Source of the DNA: Klebsormidium nitens
Taxonomy: Eukaryota; Plantae; Klebsormidiophyceae
Direction of reading: 5' to 3'
DNA length: 64,000 nt
NCBI GenBank assembly: GCA_000708835.1
Contig: DF236971.1
Location: forward strand, 251,838 to 315,837
Shown: in pieces, positions 12,582-26,297 of the stretch
How the letters are laid out: each line of letters begins with the position of its first letter
How positions within the stretch are numbered: position 1 is the stretch's first letter
Position numbers and translations under genes: made by a program
The notes under the pieces: generated by a model
Seen by the model: only the letters and a program-made list of their open reading frames with translations
Databases searched by the model: none
What the model was told of the DNA's origin: nothing

Positions 12582-14089
12582 CCCAGGCTTTTACTAGGCT
12601 TTTACTAATTGTAGTTCTGACTGTATGTAATCATTGAACTGAACGTTTGAAGGAAGCTGTCTAGGGGACTCAAAATGCTGGTATTCTCTACAGTAAGCAA
12701 AGTAGGTGGTTATTAGTGCCGCACCACTGTGGCCTATCCAGAGGTCCTTTCAAGTCTTTCCTCAGACAAGGGCAGGTTGGCTTGCTCTGAAAATCAATTG
12801 GCGTGGGCCTGACAAGTTGCCGAAACAATGAGGCTAACAATCGTGACCTGCAGGTTATCAAAGGTGCGGATCAGTCAGCTTCATGTGGCGCGAGAAGGCA
12901 ACCAGAGAAGGGCTTTTGAGCTTCACATGCCATGAAGAGCTTGCGCATCAGAACCTTGCACAAACCGCCAGCCTTTGCAGAGCTATCGATTTGATAAAGG
13001 AGAAAGTACAGAATGCTTAACAAACGACGATACATGAAGCGGGATTGAAATGCTCGCTTGCCCCAATGGAGACAAATCAGATGTAAAGACCGCCTCCTTT
13101 GGGGGTAATGAACGTGCTCAAGATAGGAATTGCCGGAGAAGATGAAGAACATACCTGTCTCGACGATGTCCCTGTTCTCCAGCGGATTGCTTTGTCCTGG
13201 AAGTGGCGATGCTTGACCTGAAGCAGCGTCTTTGAAGTCTAGACCTTTCGACTCTGTTCCGTGGATATGAAACTTTGAAAGCATGAGGCGCCACCATCCG
13301 ACGTTTCTTCTTCCTCATCTGCTGCAGACTGCCAGTGCAGTGCAGAAAGTGCAGAAACTACGATCAGGGTTGCGCTACCCTGTGCAAGAAATCAAAATTA
13401 TTGACACTGCGGCGCCGGATCTCCTCAAAACCGTGCGCGCTGCCTAGAAGGCTAGATTTGTGGTGTCAACGTGGTGCGAAACCTTGAGCTCCCTGTGTGC
13501 ATGCAATTAGTGCAGCAGCCTCAGAGTCAGGGTCGCTGCCAACACGGCCAACAGGAAGGGGCGCTTCGGATCGGAGCGCGCAGGAAATAGCACTTCGGGC
13601 CTGGCAGAGATCTCTGTCGATCCAGGCATAGCACTCCCGTCAGAGCCCGGATGAGCTAACCCTCGGCAGATGCGCTTGTTGGAGTTGCGGCATGCTTGGG
13701 AGCAGGCACGTCGGCGCACATTGCCATTTTGCAAGTCAACTACGAGTGCGAGCTCTTGGGGTTGCGGGAAGCAAGCGCTGATGAGATCAGCATTACCTGC
13801 CAGCACACTCTCTAATGCTGTGCGCCTGCCTGATCTGCATTATCAATCGACCTTACGGCAGTCTGTTGGTGCCCCCTCAATAGCCTCCACATTTCTGAGC
13901 CAGCATTCGACACCGAAGATTCTCCACTTAAGAAGGCCCTTGAACCAATCCGGCTGTGATTCACAAAGGTCTCTTCACAGTCTATCAACCCACCCAGAGG
14001 CACCGATCAATCAGAACGTCAATCTACCAGCAAACAAGCTGCGCATTGGTCATTCCAGATTGACCTCCACTCTTCTGTCAAGAATCTCA

Positions 14090-17876
<3,787 letters not shown>

Positions 17877-19125
17877 GCGTTTCTACTTCTCAAGAAGCGA
17901 CTGACTTTTGCAAAAGCATAACAAGTGTTCTGCTCACTGAAAGAGGATCGCCTGATATGAATCTCTATTGCGCAAGTCATGAAATAGCTCGACATCTCAA
18001 TGTGAGATACACAGAGGTTGTGCTTGATTGCTAAGGTTTTTCATTGTCGCAGAGAGTTTTACCCCAATAGTGGATGCTTGCATAGAGATTTTTGGCGTGC
18101 AGACAAAGTTCCATACATGAGCATCACTCGATCCTCATGTCCATAGACTTAGTACTGCTTTAGCCCCTCTCTAGGCCTTTAGTAGCCAGGTATCATGTGC
18201 TTCAAGGAATACTGCATGAGACTCAGTATTCGGTGAATAAAAGTTGCTCAATGTAGGAGTTTCCGGTCGCATGTTGAAATCATGCATGATCCTGTTTTCT
18301 GATTCTGATCATGCACGCCTTTGATGCGCACGTCGGCTTCAAGACAATTGCAACCATCCGACCTTGCCCAAATGTGCCAAAATGTCCGAGCTACCCGGAT
18401 GGTCAGACGCCGAAGGCCGAGACCATGACGGTTGTGGTCTCTTTTCGTTTTCGCCGTAGCAAAATACTCTAAGGCCTAAGGCTTCTCATGGCATACATAT
18501 GTGGTTTGTGTTTCTTCTACTTCTACTTCTTCTTCTACTAGTGCTTTTGTGTACTCCACTTAACATTTGCAATGCCGGCCTTGCACCGTACCCACCATTG
18601 CTACATTGTCCTCAAGACACACTACATTCTCCTTCTCTCCTCGATCAACACGTACACACTCTCTAAAAATCGTACAAGCTGCTCAGCATGTCAGCAATGT
18701 ACTTGGGGGATTGGGTGGATTGGGGACTGCAAATTGGAATTGGAGATTGGGTGACATGGCGACTTGCTACGCTGGGGGCCAGCCCGCCTGCAGTCTGATA
18801 ACGTCGGTGCATTATGCATTGCATGCATGGCATTTAGTAGCTACTGACCCTGAACCGTTCGATGATGTCCCTGACTCGCTCGATGGAAGGTGGTGCATGC
18901 ACTCGGGATCCGCTGCTGCATGCGACTGTCGCTGCTTGCTGATTTGCGGGTCACGTGGCCCCTAGCTAAGCAAGCGAGGAATCCGAGGATGCCGACAGGC
19001 TACAATGGCGTTCGAGTTCACAGTGGTGAGAAGTCTCGGATCCCTTTAGAGCTCAAGCTCTGGTGGTGAATGCAGATCAAGCCCTTCAGGGTTCATTTTT
19101 GTAGGGGGAGGAATATGAGTTAGAG

Positions 19126-22100
19126 ATGGTCGTTCAGGCCTTGGCAGTGGGGCGCCCGCTAGGGGCCGCCCCTGGAGCAATTAGGAGCTTTGTCAGGGCG
19201 CTGCATGCGAGGTACGGCGCTTCCTGACGTTCCTCTCCTCTGTTTCATATCACTAGGAACCTTTTTTTGAACCTTTGAGGACTTAATTGGCTCCCGTACG
19301 CACTGCATGCTTACTGCATGCTTACTGCGTCATTCCAGGGCAGCCATCGCTGCAACTGGTGATGATTGCAGCATAAGGGGTTGCAAATATTGTGGTCTCT
19401 TCTCCTTTGTACTTCTGATCTGTGGAGGAGCTGTAACAAGCAAGGTCTTTCAAAGCATTGTCAAGTCAGCTCGAGTGCCATTCTGAGGTTTCCAAGCCAG
19501 TGGACAGTTCTAGTATTCTATCTTTTGTTTTGACAGTCAAGCTTGGCAAGTTTACTTGATTGATCTGTGCCCCTTCAAAGCGGTGCTAGAAACACCATGT
19601 GGGCTGTCCAGATGCAGCCAAGATAGACAGATCTAGAAACATTACGTGGCACTCCTGTCTGGGAGTTGTAGCCCATTGGAGATCTTCCAAATAGGCAGAG
19701 CCTACTATATCCACAAATCTTAGGGCAAGAATTTCAGCACTGCAGCAGTTTTGAGGAGTGAGCTGATTAACATTGAAAGTGTGAATGCTGGGTTTTTGCA
19801 CCGTCAACTGTCTTGACTACCTTGACAGAAGGGGTTTTTTCAAATGGTTGGATGTTGGTCGTTGCGCCAAAGTAGTCTTCAATTAGACTGTTAGTTGACC
19901 ATCTACATTTGTCCTCGGACGTTTCATGGTTCCAGTCATTTGGTCTGGATTGCTTTGCAAAATCCGTATTGAAAGCTAAGTAGGAAGCTGCTAAACAGAG
20001 ATTGTCTCGTTTCGTCTCCAACAAGCGCTTTGTCACCCTCACTCTTGTTCCTCTGCTCCTGTTTTTCAGGCCCCTTCCAGTCCCCAGTGCCCGAAGACTC
20101 CCAAGTGTTAGACCTGCTTCCCGCGTCTATGCTTCTTCTCATTTACGCCCCACCAAGCCCTTTCTCAAGCGCTTACACTTTCGGGAGTCAGCCCCTTTGA
20201 ACACCCAAATCATGAGGCGTTTTGCACTGCGCGCGGGTTCGAACAAGGGTGGGAACACGCCCGTCGATGAGAAAAGGGCCCCCGACGGCTCGCCCCCGAA
20301 GGAGGAAGCGGATCGGAGACTGCAGCAGGAGGGGGAGGGATGGTGGAAGACGGAACCGGAAAAGAAAGGGGAAACGGACGCCATGGTCACATGGCCCTCG
20401 GAAAAGATTACCGAGGTCTGGAAGGTGTTTTTCAAGCCCAACATGGGGTACACCGACACGTTCGGGTTTTCGGTGCCGATGCGTAAAACGGACGACAACG
20501 TGAGTACCATAGTTCTTTGGGGCGTCCTGGTTGCGGCATCGGGAGATTGGCTGATTATCAATGTCTGATTTGTTTTTGGAGCGCAGCCTTTCTTTGCTCT
20601 AGTCCTCTGCGGGCTTTTCTAGACTTCTTGATGTGCGATCAGAGAGTCAATTTTGATGGTTGGGCGGAAGAAAGCTTGCAAGCAGAGGCAATCAAGCTGT
20701 GAAGAAGCCCCTGCGTGGTTGCTCGGGAGACCTTCTCTGAACGCCATTTCCGTCGGGCGACGATGATCTGTAGCTCGAACAGAGCGAAAAGGCGGAAGAA
20801 TGATGAGCTTTTGGAGATTTTCAGACGAATTGTTTGCGAAGGACCGAGTTGAAGCAACCAGGTTCGGTCGCCCTCCCTCTATCGAAGTCTGCAAAGTCTT
20901 TTCCTGTATTTACTCGACTCACTGTGCTTGTGCCTTCCTCGAGTTCTTTGAGATACGACACTGCAACGTCCTTCTTGCCCTTACCTCCTCTGTTGCATGT
21001 CAATCTCAATCCCTTCAGATCCCCTCCTCCATTAATTTCAGATATTATTCACTTTCTCAGATGAACGGCGTTTGTGGTGCCTTCCCTTAACACGAGCCTC
21101 TGGAGTTTCCAAAGACGGAATCATATCCGCAATTCAGTTCCCCCCTGCATCCACAGAAAACGGAATCAGATTCGTTAAGCTGGCTTCTGACTTCTTTTAC
21201 GTGGTGCAGCGCTCCCCCGAGGAGCGTGCAGCGGCTAGGGCGCGTGCGGCGGAGGCCGCTGTCAACATCGACGATGCGGAGCGCAGGCGGCGCATGCTCC
21301 TGGGGCTGATTCTCCTGGTGAGTGACGTCACTTGAAGTGCACTCGGTAACCTCCACGAAGTCTTTGACAGCAGTAGATAAGGACACCAGAGTTGTTAATA
21401 GCCTCATCATGCCTGCTCCATTCTCCCCTAAACCGAAGCAGCCGTGGTAATTTTCTTTGATACGCGTCTTGAAATGAACAATATCTGTTGGGTGTGTCAG
21501 CCGGATCCACTTGGGCCGAATGTAATGCTCGATCAAAGGACTCTTCTCGTGCTCGCCGTATGTTTTGAGGAGGTTGTCAGATTGAAATCTGGCGCTTCAC
21601 TTGGTTTCTGTGAACAATCTTTCCGCAGCAATATCACCGTGATTTGCCCGAACAGCCGTATTCTCCGCTCGGTTTCGCTGTCTTAGTCTTCAAGGAGACA
21701 ACTTGTCTGTTTTATGTTGGATTAGATTCACACTCCGTTGTTGGGTTTTAGTGCATCGGCTTGGAGCCGTTTACCTTCCTTCACAAGAACGATCGGGCCG
21801 GTTCCTTCTCCAACATGATAGGTCTGTGCATTCGGTTGCGTTCCCGTTCCGTTGTGCAGGGCGTGAGCGGAGTTATCGCCACGATCATGGTTCAAAACCG
21901 CGCGAGCCCGTGGGAGCGTTTGTATATTCTGCCCATCTTCTTCCTGGGCGGCGCCGAGTTCGTGTCCGGTCTGACGGGTCTCTGATCCATAGCCTTTGTA
22001 AGTTTCTCTTAGCCCGAAAACGCTTTTGTTGTTGTTGTAGAAAGTGTCTGTAAGTTTCTTCGGCCTCAATAAGTTCTCGTTCTTTTAGGCAGTGATCGCT

Positions 22101-23736
22101 TGTCTCCGGTTTGACGGGTCTCTGATCCATAGCCTTTGTAAGCTTCTTCACCCTCGCATCAAAAAGCCCTCGTTGTTCCAGGAAGTGATTGCTTGTCTCT
22201 GATTTGACGGGTCTCTGATCCATAGCCTTTGTGAGTTTCTTCAGTCTTCGAAAGCTCTTGTCGCTCAGGGACTTGCTTCTTTGCTCCCGCCTTACGGTTC
22301 CTTGAGTTATCGCGGTTGAGACTTTTCTCAGCCCCAGAGATCTCTTGTGCCCTACTGCACTAGTGGTCGCGGGGATTTCAAAAATGTGGTGGAAAGCCTT
22401 GCGTAGTGGCCGTCGATATATCTCGACATTGAAGGTACCCGTGCTACAGTATCTGCCAAAAGACTTGCTTTGCCTGTATCTACGATTCGCTCGTCCGAAA
22501 ACGAAAGCGATAGGTCGTTTTTGGCTCTTCCTTGCGCCGAAAGCCAAACCTTTTTAAAAGCTGAGGCCTTGTCAAGCGCGTCGTTATCAGGAATGCCTCT
22601 CATTTCGCGGATGGTACTGTTGCTGACAAATTCATCGCCGTTTTCAAAAGAGGCACCGCTACAAGAGGGACTTCAGTGCTCAGCGGCGAGTCGCCAAAAT
22701 GAAGCCTTTGGAATTGAATCCTGACTTCCTCTAGTCAAGCTTTCTGAACGTGGATTTGTGTCCACTGCAGGCCAGTGTCTGGGATGTGGACGGCACTGGC
22801 ATGCAAAAGGTGGACGACCCGGCGGTCGATATGCGCATTCGGAAGGTGGGTTAACCTCAGAACCTCAAAACCCGGATCCGGAACTTAGAAAACTCTAGAA
22901 CTCCAAAAGCCTTAAAGCTCATCAGCCTTAGCTGCGTGTAGCAGTTTGCCTACTGAACATCGTTTGCTGACGAGCAGAAGTTGAACCATGTCACCAGTTC
23001 TTTCATCGAGCGACGCAGATGCTTTCAGCAATTTGCCGGCTCATCATCGTCTGCTTTTAGGAAAGCTGAGCGAGTTTGTCCTGGTCATCTTGTAATCCGA
23101 TATGTGACTGTTCTCGGCTGATCGCGCTTGCTTGTTTTTAGAATGTTGTCGCGTGGTTGCACCCATTATTGCGGATGAGAAAGCCCCCGTAAAGGCAAAT
23201 CAAAGCTGTCCATCGTGGTCCATCTCACAAAATCCGTGGTTCAAGCTTCTGTAGGACGAGTACTCTGGAGGAGCGCGTGTGGGAAGTCAGAAAGCAAACT
23301 GCCGTTCTAACCAATCTAGAATTTTGTGCAATATTATCTGGAGTTTTCTCCGTTTTGAAGGAGTCAACGTGAGCAATTCCTCTCGTGTCCCTGGACGAAC
23401 ATTATTTATTTCCTCCTTTAAGCAATTGACGTGCGCCGCCCACAAAGCGTTTCTGATCCGAGTAACTGTAGCGAACTGCTCAAAGTAACGCCTTTCTCCG
23501 TCACTCTGCAGAAAGTGGTTGTCTTCGTACTAAGCTACTCCCTTCTCTGTCTCCTGGTTGTCGGGCCATTTGCTTTTTGGTCACTGTAACCCGGTTGGAG
23601 GGTCGAGATTTAGAGAAGATGTATGTAGACGCCTCAAAGCTAGTGTTTTCTGGTGCAGAAAGTGGTTGGTTTCGTCTCGTTTGGGGCGGTGGCTTCGCTG
23701 TTCGTTATTGGGGCGTTCTGCTTCTACCCGCTCTGA
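19126..23736 (+). CDS. Putative membrane selenoprotein (in-frame UGA = Sec at 21983-21985), ~304 aa, with transit-peptide-like N-terminus and three predicted TM segments
   Basis: Exons 19126-19211, 20070-20499, 21210-21317, 21860-21997, 22771-22845 and 23659-23736 (or 23512-23589) all splice in frame. The frame reads GGAEFVSGLTGL-TGA-SIAF|ASVWDVDGTGMQKVDDPAVDMRIRK|KVVGFVSFGAVASLFVIGAFCFYPL. A SECIS lies in the 3' UTR. Confidence 0.85.
22105..22240 (+). repeat. Two intronic tandem copies of the Sec-codon segment plus splice donor
   Basis: tgacgggtctctgatccatagcctttgt(a/g)ag occurs at 21972-22002, 22112-22142 and 22205-22235. Confidence 0.9.
23512..23589 (+). CDS. Alternative duplicated terminal exon A of the selenoprotein gene (KVVVFVLSYSLLCLLVVGPFAFWSL*)
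   Basis: Acceptor ctctgcag|AAAGTGGTTG, matching exon B (gtgcag|AAAGTGGTTG). Intact 25-codon hydrophobic ORF of the same length and phase. Confidence 0.6.
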   Translation, partial: KVVVFVLSYSLLCLLVVGPFAFWSL

Positions 23737-23784
23737 TAGAGGTCTCGTGACCAGTAGCTTGCATGACTCGGTGCGGTAGGCAGC

Positions 23785-23861
23785 GTAATCCTAACCCCCA
23801 TGACTGCTTCTCCCGAAAAGAGCTCGTTTCTTGGGAAAAGCACGAACTCGGTTAGGATTAC
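23785..23861 (+). promoter_or_regulatory. SECIS element (eukaryotic selenocysteine insertion sequence)
   Basis: Helix I is a perfect 12-bp stem, gtaatcctaacc (23785-23796) / ggttaggattac (23850-23861). Core ATGA at 23800-23803 and GA at 23844-23845. Helix II is tgcttctcccga/ttgggaaaagca. The apical A-run starts 12 nt after ATGA (23816-23819). Confidence 0.88.
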
Positions 23862-24659
23862 CTGACCAGCTGCAAGTGGGTTAGTGCAAGCTAGGAAAGT
23901 GAAAAGTTGGCAGACAGTCTTGTACGATAGTCAATTTAATAAATGAATCAACCTACCATTTTTCAAAAGCCTCCCTATCCTCAAGCTGGCAGTCCAACGG
24001 TTCCTGAAGTACCGGCAATCTGTGCGAGTTGCTCGCAAGTGTGGGTATCCCACCAGTGAGGGTGAATACAATTAGATTGCTGCTTGCATAGATGCATATG
24101 TTCGCGATGACATAATCTTCGACGTCTTGATACATTGAACAGAATTTGTTATCCTTGCGTCTAATTGACCAAGTACACTGAAAGCATCTCATTGTTGAAA
24201 TTATGGTTGTGGCAATATCAGCCCGATGTTAGGCCGGCAATTTGGATAGGTACATGACATTGCGCTGCATATGATGACGCGAATGTTAAACCATACGGAC
24301 GTACATCTATATGTGGTCAGCCTATTCACAACTTGGTCGGGCAGGTTCACGATTATGTGCATAGGGTGGATGACAGCAACTACTGTGGTACTTGCAATTT
24401 TCCCTGAGGTGTCCACTCATTGTTTGGAGGGCGTCGTCGATTCTTCCTCACATGCTCCCTCTAATCCGCTGTCTTGAAATTCAGAAGCCCTTACTTCTAA
24501 TACTTTCTACTGAAGCAATCTTTTAAGTGTGGAATCGCTATCTACTCAGCTCTTTGTAGTATGCGGATTCCGGCTTCACGAGATGCTGAACGGATTGGGA
24601 CTCTGAGATAGATTTTCAAGCACAGCTTTCCTACCTTACAAGGTGCTTTGACAACAACC

Positions 24660-25560
24660 TTAGTACGGCGTACACATAAAGTCCGATAGATACACCGTAG
24701 CACTTTTCTCATTGAGCGGCCCAGGGATTGCCCTGGACTTGGGATGGTAAACCCTCAATCTGATGACCGTGACTTCCGGTCCCGGGGTGGGGACATCCCC
24801 GGCCGCGTAAGTCTTGCTGCTGAGGAGTAGGCCAGCCTGAGTGCCTCCCAGTAAACCTGCCCGGGGATCCACGTGAAGGAGACGAAGAGGGGGGGAGTCG
24901 ATGTGGTAACGGGGGGTGTATACCATCTCTGCGGGCGGAAATAGTGTGCGGTTGAGGTCTAGGTTTAATGGGCTGATGTACAGTTCTGATGGCCTGTTCG
25001 GCATGTCGTCATTCGTTGGTTGATGGAGAGGGAACGCGGAGAAAAGCGGGTTAAATTTAAGAACGGACTGGCGGTTTGTGGGCGGTCTATGGACAATGTG
25101 CTCCATTTGTGGCCAACCAGAAAGAGATTCGACGGCATCTCCTTCCAACTTGCAACAAAGTTTCCGGGAGACGAAGCGCGTTCCAGAACTCACTCAATCT
25201 TCAAAAAATAACTAAAGCAGAAAGGTCAGAGGCCTCAAAGAAACTTTCAAGTCTCGAACTCAAAATCACAACAAAAGATGGTGATCCGTGGATCTCGCCT
25301 GCAGGTGGCCAGTCGCATTGAACGGCTGAAGAACGAACTGGCGTTCGTCGGGTCCCTGGAGGAGACAAGCCGAAGCGGCCGAACTCGATGTCGATCTCTC
25401 CGTGATTCTGCTCAGGATCTCCATGGCGTATGTGAACAGGCCGAGGATGACGTTGGTTTCGAGATACCCGACGTCAGACGTCACTGTCCACTCGTAGCTG
25501 CAATTACGGAACGGAAGATCATCGGAAAGCAGGTGAAGTGTCGCCTGAGGAACGAAGTCG
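24660..25560 (-). CDS. Unassigned coding-like segments (possible small gene; exons ~25556-25300 and ~24990-24660)
   Basis: Two GC-rich open frames with C-ending codon bias and an acceptor cgttcctcag|GCG. The splice between them is not resolved, the strand is ambiguous for the upstream segment, and no family is recognised. Confidence 0.3.
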
Positions 25561-26297
25561 AAGGTGGAGTTTATCGAGATTAGGACGGGTTGAGTACCAG
25601 TCCAAATCCGAACAACACAGTTAAGCACGTCGGGAAAGGGGTTAAGAGCGGGAACACAGCCGATGGACGATCTACCCGAATTTTGATCGTTTAAAAACAA
25701 TGATTGAATGCACTTGAACCTAAGCTGCTTTCTGCAGCCGGCCCAGTGGCATGCACCGGATCTCAGCGTGCTAAAATTAAGCTGTGCATGTGTCCCTTGG
25801 TATCTTGATCATTTGACAATCGTTTTTGTCATGCATGACCCTGTCTTCATTACAATCATTAGAAGGCTGGGTAGGCGCGTGCCGGCCTGCATAAGTATAT
25901 GTGTAGTGACGGAAAGCAACCACCATGTATACGATCTGGAAGACTCGAGACTTGCGCAATCCTCTTCGAAAACATCTTTACCTGCATGCACGCATCAATG
26001 CAGTTTAATGAGAAATTCATGTCCGGCCAATGGCATGCAACATTTGATAGGCGTTCCGATCGAAAAGGCTGCATCTTGAACCATCATGAAGACCACCTCA
26101 AGCAGCTAGGCGGGCTGACTGATTTTGCCGATCCAAAGACAGCCATGTGGAAGTTCATGTCGCCAACCTGGTTTGATGTCTTTCCGCAACTCGCGGAAAG
26201 AGCGAAACAACATTATCGATACTCAACTTAACAATTTTATTGTTGCACAAATGATACCAGCGACCAAAATGGTGGGAGTGAAGCAAGCACTAAGAAC

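Noticed and set aside
13670-14089. Upstream extension of the BtuF-like ORF as a long targeting peptide
   Set aside because: It begins at a weakly supported start and the composition is not diagnostic. It is left as uncertain, not called.
21983-21985. TGA as the true stop or as a pseudogene-causing nonsense mutation
   Set aside because: A strong donor follows 12 nt later, two further in-frame exons are intact, and a canonical SECIS lies in the 3' UTR.
21960-22240. CRISPR-like look of a ~31-bp direct repeat with unique spacers
   Set aside because: Eukaryotic context, unequal long spacers, no cas genes, and the repeat is the host exon end.
21885-22547. 220-aa minus-strand ORF with KKLTKAMDQRPVK repeats
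   Set aside because: Antisense translation of the triplicated Sec-exon end.
25899-26231. Plus-strand ORF ending ...WKFMSPTWFDVFPQLAERAKQHYRYST
   Set aside because: No convincing acceptor or start, and it overlaps the likely RGP1 3' UTR.
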